DNA of 63,221 nucleotides from a virus. Lineage: Duplodnaviria > Caudoviricetes. The notes under the pieces are model-generated. The model did not search any database and had not been told where the DNA came from. It was given only the letters and a program-made list of their open reading frames with translations. Of the stretch, positions 37,701-46,481 are shown in pieces. The stretch lies in IMG/VR virus record IMGVR_UViG_3300022891_000003, positions 1 to 63,221 of that record. One strand, given 5' to 3'. The translations under genes were made by a program, and so were the position numbers. Position 1 is the first letter of the stretch. Every line of letters begins with the position of its first letter.

Positions 37701-38407
37701 GCCGCCAGGAGCGCGGCGCGATGCGTCGCAAGCTGGCTGAGCGCAAGGCCCGGGAGATTGTCGAGCAGGCTACCGCCAAGGTGGTGGCCGCTCGGCCCTC
37801 CCAGCCCTCCTCTCCGCAGGACCAGGCACAGGAGTGCAAGCGCCTGCGGGACGGCGGTATGGTGTGGTGGCTTATCGGGCAAAAGCTGGGGCTGGCGGGC
37901 CAGGCCGGGAGTGCCAGCGAGCCCGAGGCTAAGCGTGGTGCGGGGGCAGCCAGGCGGCTGTACGCGGCTGCGAACCGGGGCGAGGTGCCGCGTACCCAGC
38001 GGCAGCGCGCTGGCACGGTGGCCAAGCCAACCGGCCCGGCGAGTCGGGGCGTGCCCGCGTACATGCGCAAGGAAGCGCTCGTGCGTGATGGCCATGTGAT
38101 CCCCCGGGACCTGCCGGATGAGGAAGTGGAGGCCATGCTGGTCGGTCGTCGCATCGAATGGGCTATCGACATGGCCAAGCTGACCAATACGGATCCGGAG
38201 ACCTGGGGGCCAGAGGACGGTCGTTGGGTGCGGCAGGAGGCCAAGGTACACGTTGACCCGCAATGGGTGCGCGTAGTGCGTGACGAGGATACAGAAGAGC
38301 GCATCCTGTACTTCCGGGAGTACAACGGCTTTGACACCGATCGGCAGAAGCACATGAGTGGCCCCACGCGGGTCATACGAGTCGACAGCATCTACACCGT
38401 CGCATAA
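37697..38407 (+). CDS. Hypothetical protein with possible HTH
   Basis: LRDGGMVWWLIGQKLG. Confidence 0.6.
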   Translation: MSRQERGAMRRKLAERKAREIVEQATAKVVAARPSQPSSPQDQAQECKRLRDGGMVWWLIGQKLGLAGQAGSASEPEAKRGAGAARRLYAAANRGEVPRTQRQRAGTVAKPTGPASRGVPAYMRKEALVRDGHVIPRDLPDEEVEAMLVGRRIEWAIDMAKLTNTDPETWGPEDGRWVRQEAKVHVDPQWVRVVRDEDTEERILYFREYNGFDTDRQKHMSGPTRVIRVDSIYTVA

Positions 38408-38426
38408 CTAGCCAGGAGGAGAAGCC

Positions 38427-38717
38427 ATGGCTGAAAAGATCACACCAGGCAGCAAGTACGCCCGGCTCGTGCTGGGAGTGCGCAAGCTCCAGCGCGGCCA
38501 GGTGTACGTAGCCACGAAGGGGCACGACTTCAACTGCCTACCGCAGAGCTTCCAGAATGTCGTGCATCTGGTCGCCCGTAGCAAGGAGGGCAACTGGAAG
38601 GCCACGACCGCCATTGTGGGCAACCAGGTGTTCTTCGCGTACTACGAAGCGCGGGACTACATGAAGCCGAACATGCCCGCGATGCCGCTTGTGCGCAAGG
38701 CGCGGGGAGAGCAATGA
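38427..38717 (+). CDS. Hypothetical protein
   Basis: AGGAGG RBS. Confidence 0.6.
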   Translation: MAEKITPGSKYARLVLGVRKLQRGQVYVATKGHDFNCLPQSFQNVVHLVARSKEGNWKATTAIVGNQVFFAYYEARDYMKPNMPAMPLVRKARGEQ

Positions 38718-38843
38718 GCGACCAGGTCAAGTACTGGATCATGGGCTTCGTCTGGGGTGTAGCCCTCACGCTCTCTGTGCTCGCCCTGGTGATGATGGTG
38801 GTGGCGTCCGACTGAGATTCGTAGTCCAGCTCATCGCACGGCA

Positions 38844-38872
38844 TTGTGACGGTCGATGGGCTAGGCTATGGT
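38844..38872 (+). promoter_or_regulatory. Promoter for helicase operon
   Basis: TTGTGA-N17-TATGGT then TCTCA. Confidence 0.55.
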
Positions 38873-38887
38873 TCTCATAGCTGTTCT

Positions 38888-38901
38888 ACTAGCCGGGAGG
38901 C
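38888..38901 (+). promoter_or_regulatory. GGGA-loop RBS hairpin
   Basis: ACTA-GCC-GGGA-GGC before GTG 38906. Confidence 0.7.
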
Positions 38902-38905
38902 CGCA

Positions 38906-40825
38906 GTGCGTATCGAAGCCCATCTTGCCGAGAAGGTCAACCGCATCGAAGTGCGCATGTTCGGTAACGGCAGCAAGAGCGATGCGTACACCAGCACCCG
39001 CAAGGCGGTCTCGGCCAGCCGGTACGTCGGACAGCTCGACAACGGGTGTAAGTTCTGGTACCCGCTGAGTGCCGACAAGTGCGTAGAGATGCGGGAGGTT
39101 TGGGGCAAGGACCTGAAGGTGCACAAGGCGCTGGGGGATTGGTACCGCAAGGCTGCCGCTCTGCGCGCAGCTCAGGTCGCCCGCACCACTCAGACCGACG
39201 CAGAGCTGCCAGCCCTGGCCGCGCAGTACCCCAAGCTGAACGCCTGGCTTAAGGGCGACCAGCGCGTCACAGCGGCTTGGATCGCTAACGCGTACCGCAA
39301 CGGCGGTCTGCTCGCTGACGAGGTGGGTACCGGCAAGACGGCTGGTGTGGTGGCTGGCCTGGTAGAGGCGGACATCACTGGCCCGACGCTCATCGTTTGC
39401 CCCAAGATCTCGGTTCGCGCCGTGTGGCTGAAGGAGTTGCGCGCACATACGGACATCCCGGTCTATGCGTGCAGTGGCAGTCGCAAGGCTCGCGAGAAGA
39501 CCATTACCGAGTTCCTGACTGACCCGAGCGAGTTCAAGGTGCTGGTGGTCGTGGCGGAGATGCTGCGCATTCGGGCCATCCGCGAGAAGGGGCGTATCAC
39601 GGAGGAGCTCGGCTTCGAGTACCCGGCGCTCTTCCCGGTGCGGTGGTCGGCTGTCGTGATCGACGAGAGCCACAAGGTGCTCGGTGGTCTCGATGTGGTC
39701 AAAGGCAATCTGGCTGGGGAGGGCATCAAGCGCCTGAGCTACACGCCCAACAGTTTCAAGCTGGCCGTGAGCGCTACCCCATTCGGCAAGGGAGGCAAGG
39801 TAGAAGCCCTGTTCGGCACGCTGCACTGGCTCTGGCCGGACGAGTTCACTAGCAAGTGGGCCTGGCTGGGCCGGTACTTCGAGGTCTACGATGAGAAGGT
39901 GTTCATCCGTGGCGGCCGAGGTGCCACCAAGCCGGTCAAGCGCATCGGCGCTCTCCAGAACGAGGCTGGCCTCTGGCGGGACCTGGGGCCACGCGTGCTT
40001 CGCCGTACCATGGAGGAGGTCAGCCCCGAGCACCGTGGCCTCAAGAACTGGATTGAGATACCGTGCGAACTAGATGGTCCGCAGCTCGCGCAGTACCGGC
40101 GCTTCGCAGATAACGCCGAGCTGGCCGTAGAGGGCGGCATCATCAGCACGGTCGGCGTACTCGACTTCCTGACCCGTTGCCGTCAGTTCGCTAACGGGCA
40201 ACTGCGGAAAGAGGGCGGGAGGGTTGTCTACACCGGCTACTCCGCCAAGATCGACCGCCTGCTGGCGCACTTGGCCGACAAGCACCCCGGCCGCAAGGTG
40301 GTCATCGCCAGCCAGTACAACGAGTTCCTCGACGCGGTGCAGGCTCGCTTGCACGCCGAGGGCTACGGCACGTACCGGCTCGACGGCAGCACGACCGAGA
40401 AGCGCCGTAACGACATGATGAACGCCTTCCAGGGTGACCCCACCTTCACCGGGCCGGACGTCACGTGCCGCAACTGCCAGGTCGGCCGAGGCAAGCCGCA
40501 CGGAGCTAAGTGCCTGGCTGCCCGCCCCGAGCTGTTCCTGCTCAACACGCAGGCCGGTGGCGTCAGCATCACGCTTGACGCGGCCGACGAACTGCACGCC
40601 CTTGACGAAGCCGACCCGGACACCATGACCCAACTCTTCGGGCGCATCTTCCGGCGCGGTCGGGCGCACGAGGTGTTCTTCTACACTTACCGGGCCATGG
40701 GCACCATCGACGAGGAGCTCGGCCTGAACGTGGCCGACCGGCAAGAAAAGCAGCGGCGTCTACTCGATGGCCGTCGCGGTATTGAGTACGCCCGCCAGAT
40801 CGCCAAGTACAAGAAGGAGTCGTGA
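38906..40825 (+). CDS. SNF2-family (SF2) helicase
   Basis: LLADEVGTGKT, VIDESH, SATP, AGGVSITL, QLFGRIFR. Confidence 0.9.
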   Translation: MRIEAHLAEKVNRIEVRMFGNGSKSDAYTSTRKAVSASRYVGQLDNGCKFWYPLSADKCVEMREVWGKDLKVHKALGDWYRKAAALRAAQVARTTQTDAELPALAAQYPKLNAWLKGDQRVTAAWIANAYRNGGLLADEVGTGKTAGVVAGLVEADITGPTLIVCPKISVRAVWLKELRAHTDIPVYACSGSRKAREKTITEFLTDPSEFKVLVVVAEMLRIRAIREKGRITEELGFEYPALFPVRWSAVVIDESHKVLGGLDVVKGNLAGEGIKRLSYTPNSFKLAVSATPFGKGGKVEALFGTLHWLWPDEFTSKWAWLGRYFEVYDEKVFIRGGRGATKPVKRIGALQNEAGLWRDLGPRVLRRTMEEVSPEHRGLKNWIEIPCELDGPQLAQYRRFADNAELAVEGGIISTVGVLDFLTRCRQFANGQLRKEGGRVVYTGYSAKIDRLLAHLADKHPGRKVVIASQYNEFLDAVQARLHAEGYGTYRLDGSTTEKRRNDMMNAFQGDPTFTGPDVTCRNCQVGRGKPHGAKCLAARPELFLLNTQAGGVSITLDAADELHALDEADPDTMTQLFGRIFRRGRAHEVFFYTYRAMGTIDEELGLNVADRQEKQRRLLDGRRGIEYARQIAKYKKES

Positions 40826-41160
40826 TGGCCCAGTACGACAAGTTCCAGCCAGGTACCCATCATCCGTTCGAGGCACCTCGGTATCTCACCGACGAGGAGT
40901 ACTTGCGCAAGCTGCGTGTCATGCTGCGTGAGGCCGTGAAGGAAACCCAGCGGCTCGATGCCAAGTGGAACCGGCTCAACGACGAGCTCACCGCCAAGTT
41001 CCAGAGCGAGAATGTGGTGGAGCCGCTCCTGAGCGAGCTGAAGGGCCACAACGTAGAGCTCTCCGCCGCGTTCAGTGGCGGGGTGTGGTGGCGGGACAAG
41101 GCCGTTTACCTGTCCGCCGTCATTCAGGCCGAACTAGCCATGAAGGAGGCTGGGCTGTGA
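40822..41160 (+). CDS. Hypothetical coiled-coil protein
   Basis: AAGGAG RBS; coupled. Confidence 0.6.
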   Translation: MMAQYDKFQPGTHHPFEAPRYLTDEEYLRKLRVMLREAVKETQRLDAKWNRLNDELTAKFQSENVVEPLLSELKGHNVELSAAFSGGVWWRDKAVYLSAVIQAELAMKEAGL

Positions 41161-41483
41161 TAGTCGTCGGGTTCGTATTGGGCCTAGTTGTCGGTATGGG
41201 TGTGATGGCAACCGCGTTCGGTGCCCAAACCCGCCAGCGTTACGCTAGCCCGTTCCTGCACGAGGGGGAGTGGGGGTGGCCGCAAGTTCAGGGCATGGGT
41301 GACCAGAGCCGAGTCCTGTGGCATCTCCAGACCGTAGACGGGCGCGAGGTGGCCCAGGTACTGCCACACGTGCACGAACCCCTGGTGTGCAACATCGGAC
41401 CAGGTCTGGCTCACATGGACGAGTGCATCTGCGGCGCTACGCGGAGTGGGGTGTACGGGGGATGGTTCTTGCCGCGTACGTAG
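41157..41483 (+). CDS. Membrane-anchored hypothetical protein
   Basis: N-terminal TM; CICG. Confidence 0.5.
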   Translation: MIVVGFVLGLVVGMGVMATAFGAQTRQRYASPFLHEGEWGWPQVQGMGDQSRVLWHLQTVDGREVAQVLPHVHEPLVCNIGPGLAHMDECICGATRSGVYGGWFLPRT

Positions 41484-41701
41484 CCGGTCTTATCACGACG
41501 CCTGCGGCCTTTCTAGGCCTCGTGGCGGGTATGCGGTGGTGGCGCTATCTGCGCCGAGCGCAGGGCGACTCAGAGGTGGTGCACCTACAGGTATGGGATC
41601 CCCCGCCCCCTCCCCTCCCGCAGGACGAACCGGTAGTCAACCGCATCAGTATTCGAGCGGTTCCCGGGCGCAGGCGCAACGTACGCGGTCGCAAACGTTA
41701 G
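41462..41701 (+). CDS. Membrane-anchored hypothetical protein
   Basis: N-terminal TM, Pro tract. Confidence 0.45.
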   Translation: MVLAAYVAGLITTPAAFLGLVAGMRWWRYLRRAQGDSEVVHLQVWDPPPPPLPQDEPVVNRISIRAVPGRRRNVRGRKR

Positions 41702-41802
41702 TTGGAAGACAGAAAGACAGAGAAGGTAGGCCAGACCGCGACTAGGCGTGGCATGATGGTCTAGTCGCAAGGCAATGCCATCGCATAAACAAGGAGAAGA
41801 AC

Positions 41803-42312
41803 ATGCCGCGCACCCGAAAGACCGCCCCGGCGCCCGAGCCCGAGGTCGCCGAGACCGAGGAGACCGCCGGTAGCAAGCGCGGTCCGAACGAGCTCACTAC
41901 TGTCTTCGTCGGCTGGCTCAAGGACACCTACGGCGTCGACGCCGACCCGGAGGTCGTGTACCTCGCTCAGACCACCCGGCGCGAGTTCCGGGAGTCCGAC
42001 GCCTACCAGGACTACCTCGAGGCGGCCGAAGAGCGCAAGGAGGCGGCGGCGAAGGCGAAGGCCGAGCGCGCCCAGGCAGCGGCAGCGGCGGCCGAGGAGA
42101 CCACCTCCGAGGAGCCCGCGAAGCCCACCACACGCAGTCGTTCGCGCAAGGCGGCGGCGCCGGTGGCGCAGGCCGAGCCGGAGCCCGCGAAGCCCACCAC
42201 ACGCAGTCGTTCGCGCAAGGCGGCGGCAGCTCCGGCCGGTGCCGAGGCCGACGCGCCTGCCGAGGCCGCGAAGCCCGCGCCCCGTACCCGCACCCGCAAG
42301 GCGCCGTTCTAG
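41803..42312 (+). CDS. Histone-like/nucleoid-associated protein (putative)
   Basis: AAGGAG RBS; Ala/Lys/Pro/Arg-rich tail with duplicated EPAKPTTRSRSRKAAA. Confidence 0.65.
   Translation: MPRTRKTAPAPEPEVAETEETAGSKRGPNELTTVFVGWLKDTYGVDADPEVVYLAQTTRREFRESDAYQDYLEAAEERKEAAAKAKAERAQAAAAAAEETTSEEPAKPTTRSRSRKAAAPVAQAEPEPAKPTTRSRSRKAAAAPAGAEADAPAEAAKPAPRTRTRKAPF
42111..42227 (+). repeat. 48-bp exact direct repeat (42111-42158, 42180-42227)
   Basis: GGAGCCCGCGAAGCCCACCACACGCAGTCGTTCGCGCAAGGCGGCGGC twice. Confidence 0.9.
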
Positions 42313-42347
42313 TAGGACCCCGAGCATGTTGAAGGCGTGCTCGGTTC

Positions 42348-42418
42348 GGTGGGATAGCTCAGCGGTTAGAGCAGGCTCCTTCGCAGCCCGGTAGCTGGTT
42401 CGAATCCAGCTCCCACCA
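42348..42418 (+). ncRNA. tRNA-like RNA 3 (short anticodon stem, loop CCTTCGC without U33)
   Basis: GGTGGGA/TCCCACC, GCTC/GAGC, GCTGG-TTCGAAT-CCAGC. Confidence 0.75.
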
Positions 42419-42598
42419 CGTTACAGCGAAAGTTTGAGAGGTAGGCCGGGGATACTTCCCCCACAGGAGTGCATAGTGCACGCTCCGGCCAGACCGTATC
42501 AGCGAGCGACTGTATCCGGGGCACCCACGGTCCGGTGCATGAGCAGGGTCGTACTCATCCACGTCGAACGCAAACCGGCGACCCGGCCCTGCTCGTAA

Positions 42599-42726
42599 CG
42601 CGGGATAGCTCAAGACAGTCATGATTCGCGCAAAGCGTTACCTGGCGTGGCTGCACGGAAGAGCGGGCCAAACCTCCTTCAGGTGGAGTTAGGGCAAGGA
42701 TGCTGGTTCGAGTCCAGCTCCCGCGA
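42599..42726 (+). ncRNA. tRNA-like RNA 4 (~49-nt D loop, elongated anticodon arm)
   Basis: CGCGGGA/TCCCGCG, TA-GCTC...GAGC, GCTGG-TTCGAGT-CCAGC. Confidence 0.7.
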
Positions 42727-42730
42727 CTGT

Positions 42731-42845
42731 GGGAAGTGAGTTAAGGCGGTACCCCAACGGAACTGCAAACGAGCCGCTAAGGATGCTCACAACCGGGGTG
42801 TAATTGGGGATCCTTTGACCCGCTGGCATACCTGCTCGCTTCCCG
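42731..42845 (+). ncRNA. Putative structured ncRNA
   Basis: Closing helix GGGAAGTGAG/CTCGCTTCCC; internal CCCCAA/TTGGGG complementarity. Confidence 0.45.
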
Positions 42846-42872
42846 CTCCCCAACCAACACAGAGGAGAAGCT

Positions 42873-42968
42873 GTGGAGGGTTACAAAAGGGCGCTGGCCT
42901 GGTTCGGGCTGGCTATCTTGCTCGGCGTAAGTACGGCCGTGGGGGTGGCTCTGTGGCTGTCCCGTTGA
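42873..42968 (+). CDS. Small membrane protein
   Basis: GAGGAG RBS, 31 aa with TM. Confidence 0.5.
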   Translation: MEGYKRALAWFGLAILLGVSTAVGVALWLSR

Positions 42969-44080
42969 TTAGAACTTCAGAGCGCGGGGACTTCAAATCT
43001 TGCATGTTTTTTTGGTACCACCACTGGCATAGAGGGCTGACCAGTCCACGAGTACCGACGTGGAGTTGGTTCGGCACAGCCATCCACAGGGCGCTCGAGG
43101 TGCGCTACCCCGTCGGCACTAAGCGCGGTGCGCTACCTGACGTGCTCGAAGCTTTCGAGGTGGCCTGCGGCGATGAGCACGGTCGTATCTGGGAAAAGGG
43201 CGGGGACCTCGACGACGAGGAAGTGCACGACAGCATGGACCTCGGCAAGGCCATGCTCACCGGCTACGTCAAGCACTACGGGGATGACAGTCGTTGGCAG
43301 GTCATCCACACCGAGCAGCCTTTCCAGATTGACGTACGGGACCCGCGCACCGGCAGGCTCATAGCGGTGTACTGCGGCACCTGGGACCTGTTCGTATGGG
43401 ACCGCGTGGACAAGGTCTACCGGCTGGTGGACCACAAGACCCGTAAGCAATTCAAGACGGACTGGTCCTTCTACGACCTGAACGATCAGGGAGGTAGCTA
43501 CCTCTGGGTCGCGCCGCAGGTGCTGCAACACCTCGGCCTACTCGGTCCCAAGGACCACATCGACGGCATCGTGTTCAACATGCTGCGTAAGGCCATGCCG
43601 CAGCCGACCGCCGAAGACGGCATACGCTACAACCTGCCTAAGAAGAAGCATTACCTGGAGGCTCTCCGAGGCACGGCTCCAGCGCTTACTGGTCGAGAGA
43701 CCATAACCATTCTTGCTGAGTACGCTCGGCAAGCGGGTATAGACGTGAAGGGCGACGCCAGGGCCGTCCAACCGGCCCCTCTCTTCCGCAGGTACACGAC
43801 CCATCGTGGTCTAGAACAGCGCGTGAACCAGGGCCGGAAGGTGCTGGCCGAGGCGACGCACATGGACCTGGTGCGCAGGGGTAGGCTACCTATCCTCAAG
43901 CATCCTACCGAGGACTGCGTGCGGTGTCCACTCTTCGAGTTCTGCCAGCTAGACGAGCTCGACCCCGAAGAAGCCGAGGGGTATGCGGCTAGTATGTTGG
44001 TCAAGCGTGACATGTACGCAGACCACCGGGAAGCGATGCAGCAGGGCGGTCTCGAAGTGAAGGAGAAGCGTGCCACCTAG
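42953..44080 (+). CDS. PD-(D/E)xK / Cas4-like exonuclease
   Basis: FGTAIHRALE, E..F, GTWD, VDHKT, C-terminal CxxC...C. Confidence 0.85.
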   Translation: MAVPLIRTSERGDFKSCMFFWYHHWHRGLTSPRVPTWSWFGTAIHRALEVRYPVGTKRGALPDVLEAFEVACGDEHGRIWEKGGDLDDEEVHDSMDLGKAMLTGYVKHYGDDSRWQVIHTEQPFQIDVRDPRTGRLIAVYCGTWDLFVWDRVDKVYRLVDHKTRKQFKTDWSFYDLNDQGGSYLWVAPQVLQHLGLLGPKDHIDGIVFNMLRKAMPQPTAEDGIRYNLPKKKHYLEALRGTAPALTGRETITILAEYARQAGIDVKGDARAVQPAPLFRRYTTHRGLEQRVNQGRKVLAEATHMDLVRRGRLPILKHPTEDCVRCPLFEFCQLDELDPEEAEGYAASMLVKRDMYADHREAMQQGGLEVKEKRAT

Positions 44081-44885
44081 GAGAAGAAGTACGGGGGCCA
44101 GTACCGGTAGACCGCAGGCCATCACGAGTCTGCAAGGCTCGGCGGCACCTCGGTACCGCAACTGGATCGTGTACGGCGAGAGCGACACCGGCAAGACGGT
44201 GCTCGCAGGCACCGCACCGCGCGGCCTGTTCTTGACGACGGACGTTGAGGGAACAGAAAGCGCCAAGGAGATGGGCAGTGCGGCTGACGAGCTGCGCATC
44301 AACAGCTTCGAGGAGTACTGCGAAGCCGTGCAGTGGATCGCGTTTGGTGGCGGGGCCAAGGAATACGACTGGGTCACCACCGACACCATCACCGAGCTCG
44401 AAGAGCTGTGCTGGCAGGCGCAGCTCGTGAGCAACGACGTGAAGCGGGCCAGCAAGTACCAGCCGAACAAGGCAGACTATCCGCTCGTGTGGGCCAAGGT
44501 CAACGAGCAGCTCATGACGTTGAGCCGGGCGCCTATCAACAGCCTACTCATCGCGCACACCATGCGGATCGACCGCGAGACCGACGACGGCGAGGACACG
44601 GTCACGTTGGCCATGCCTGCTATCGGCAGCCGTAAGCGTGGCGACACTAGCGCCAAGCTGTGCGCTCAGCACGGCGTAGTCGGCTACATGCGCAAGGTGA
44701 CCGAAGAGGGTGGCAAGGTACAGCGCCAGCTCTTGACCGAGGGAAGCAGCCGTTGGCTGGCCCGGGACCGCACGACCAAGCTTGGCGGGGGCATGGTCGA
44801 TCCGACCATCCCGGCTATGCTCGCCCGCATCGAGGGCGGCACCACCACGACTCCCGCGCGCCGCAGGGCGCGTCGGGCACGCTAG
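44070..44885 (+). CDS. AAA-family (Sak4-like) ATPase/recombinase
   Basis: YGESDTGKT, DTITE, LIAH. Confidence 0.8.
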   Translation: MPPRRRSTGASTGRPQAITSLQGSAAPRYRNWIVYGESDTGKTVLAGTAPRGLFLTTDVEGTESAKEMGSAADELRINSFEEYCEAVQWIAFGGGAKEYDWVTTDTITELEELCWQAQLVSNDVKRASKYQPNKADYPLVWAKVNEQLMTLSRAPINSLLIAHTMRIDRETDDGEDTVTLAMPAIGSRKRGDTSAKLCAQHGVVGYMRKVTEEGGKVQRQLLTEGSSRWLARDRTTKLGGGMVDPTIPAMLARIEGGTTTTPARRRARRAR

Positions 44886-44900
44886 GAGAAGGAGCACCAC

Positions 44901-45722
44901 GTGGCAAAGAGGACCGTTAGCTTCGGTGATTACAAGGAGCCGGAGTACGAGGAGTACACCGGAGAAGACCCGCCCGCCAACCGGTGGTTCAACGCTGCCT
45001 GTACCCGGGCTCGTTGGGACGCCGAGAGCGAGTCCATCGTTTTCATCTTCGAGATCTCCGAGGGTGACTTCAAGGGCTGGGGCAAGAGCTGGTACGCGCC
45101 GGTCGAAGGTGACCGCAAGTGGAAGGCGCAGGAGGCCATCCGCGCTCTCCAGGGCGGCATCACCAAGGACCTGACGCTCGACTGGGAGAACGAGAGGGCC
45201 GTCGAGCTCTGGCTGAAGAAGGCCAAGCCGGTTCGCATCCGTACCCGCGAGTGGAACGACAACATCCAGGTGGGCAAGGTTCGCCCGTTGCTGGAGTCGG
45301 TCGGCGGAGGCAGCAAGCCGAGCACCCCGGCACCCGACCCGGTCGAGGACGATGAGGCCCCGGTCGAGGACTACACGGCCGAGGAACTGTCCGAGATGTC
45401 CGTAGAGGACCTCGAGGAGGTGCTCACCGAGGAGTTCGAGTTCTCGGAGGAGGACCTGCCCGAGAAGGGCAAGGGTCGCGGCGCGGCAGCGAAGTACAAG
45501 AAGGACCTCATCGAGGCCGTACTCGCCGAGCAGGAAGAAGGCGACGACGAGGACGGTGACGAAGACGGCGAATTCGAGGACGGGTTCGAGCAGGAGGACG
45601 GCGCGGAGGAGGAGCCGGAGCCCGAGCCCGAACCGGAGCCCGCGCCGCGTGCACGCCGTTCGCGTGCGACCAAGGCAGCACCCGCCAAGGCAGCACTCGC
45701 CACCCGGCGCCGCCGGGGGTAA
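44901..45722 (+). CDS. Single-stranded DNA-binding-like protein
   Basis: Follows exonuclease and ATPase; beta-rich N-domain with long acidic tail. Confidence 0.55.
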   Translation: MAKRTVSFGDYKEPEYEEYTGEDPPANRWFNAACTRARWDAESESIVFIFEISEGDFKGWGKSWYAPVEGDRKWKAQEAIRALQGGITKDLTLDWENERAVELWLKKAKPVRIRTREWNDNIQVGKVRPLLESVGGGSKPSTPAPDPVEDDEAPVEDYTAEELSEMSVEDLEEVLTEEFEFSEEDLPEKGKGRGAAAKYKKDLIEAVLAEQEEGDDEDGDEDGEFEDGFEQEDGAEEEPEPEPEPEPAPRARRSRATKAAPAKAALATRRRRG

Positions 45723-45786
45723 GCTATAGCAGCAACGCACTGTGCAGGGGGTCGGCTCACGAGGCTGGCCCCCTCTCCTGCGAGAT

Positions 45787-45827
45787 GCTATAGTAATCTC
45801 ACGGGTCAGTCACTCAGCCGGGAGGCT
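45787..45827 (+). promoter_or_regulatory. -10 element (TATAGT, TCTCA) plus GGGA-loop RBS hairpin
   Basis: TG-C-TATAGT; ACTC-AGCC-GGGA-GGCT at 45812-45827. Confidence 0.65.
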
Positions 45828-45831
45828 AGCA

Positions 45832-46032
45832 ATGAACACTTTATACGCCGTCACTCCGAGCTTCGGCTACACGCCCTGCGCACCTCGCGTGTACGTCAGA
45901 GCCTCTAACTGGCAGGCCGCAGTGACCGTCGCACAAGCCATTACCCCTAACGTTCACAGCTGTCGCCCGACACACTGGCCGGTGGCTCTGGTCACGCACG
46001 CACCACCGAACGCAACGGTGCACGGTGCCTGA
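45832..46032 (+). CDS. Hypothetical protein
   Basis: Start defined by the RBS hairpin; atypical codon usage. Confidence 0.5.
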   Translation: MNTLYAVTPSFGYTPCAPRVYVRASNWQAAVTVAQAITPNVHSCRPTHWPVALVTHAPPNATVHGA

Positions 46033-46047
46033 CAGCACGGCAATGCG

Positions 46048-46070
46048 GGCCGCCTTCGGGCGGCCTTTTT
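46048..46070 (+). terminator. Intrinsic terminator
   Basis: GGCCGCC-TTCG-GGCGGCC-TTTTT. Confidence 0.85.
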
Positions 46071-46181
46071 GAGAGGCCCCTCTATCGGCCCTCAAACTCA
46101 GACTGCGGGCAGAGAGGGGTGGGAGGGATACCCGCGTAGGGTTGGCATATCTGAACTCGTCAGCGTCGGCGTGGTTGACTT

Positions 46182-46318
46182 GCCTCCTAGATCCCCGCCG
46201 CGCCAGCCCTAGCCAAGAAAAAAAGAGGCCCCTCACGTGCGTGCGCGTCGCGACGCGCGACACGCGAGGCGATGGTTTTTGTTTGGCCAGCCGCCAGACC
46301 GCCGGGGATCTAGGAGGC
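46182..46318. promoter_or_regulatory. Large inverted repeat/cruciform, candidate replication origin
   Basis: 16-bp perfect IR GCCTCCTAGATCCCCG/CGGGGATCTAGGAGGC enclosing A/T tracts and palindrome CGCGTCGCGACGCG; upstream of primase-helicase. Confidence 0.6.
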
Positions 46319-46481
46319 CCGGGAAGTTGATGAAGGGACAGATAGAAAGACCGTAACCGAGGCCCCCGATGCGCTACAGTGGCCAGGCTGCCTTAAGCCC
46401 AGCAGCACACACGCTGTGAAGCTCAATCATCTTTAGAGGATAGATCGAGTTCACGTATGTAGTAGTTAGAGAGGAGGGGTT

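Noticed and set aside
34942-42418. Calling the elements at 34942 and 42348 canonical tRNA-Cys(GCA) and tRNA-Glu(TTC)
   Set aside because: Anticodon arms are the wrong length or lack U33, so decoding function cannot be supported from the sequence
42761-42803. tmRNA-like resume context AACT-GCA-AAC-GAG encoding ANEPLRMLTTGV*
   Set aside because: No tmRNA 5' GGGG end or adjoining Ala-type acceptor/T arm in the right arrangement, and the peptide lacks the usual Ala-Ala end; kept only as an unexplained structured RNA
42953-44080. Cas4-like nuclease as evidence of a CRISPR system
   Set aside because: No repeat-spacer array or other cas genes; it sits in a standard exonuclease-ATPase-SSB recombination module
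29730-46480. Integrase, repressor or attP adjacent to the tRNA-like elements
   Set aside because: No tyrosine or serine recombinase motifs and no divergent immunity cassette found
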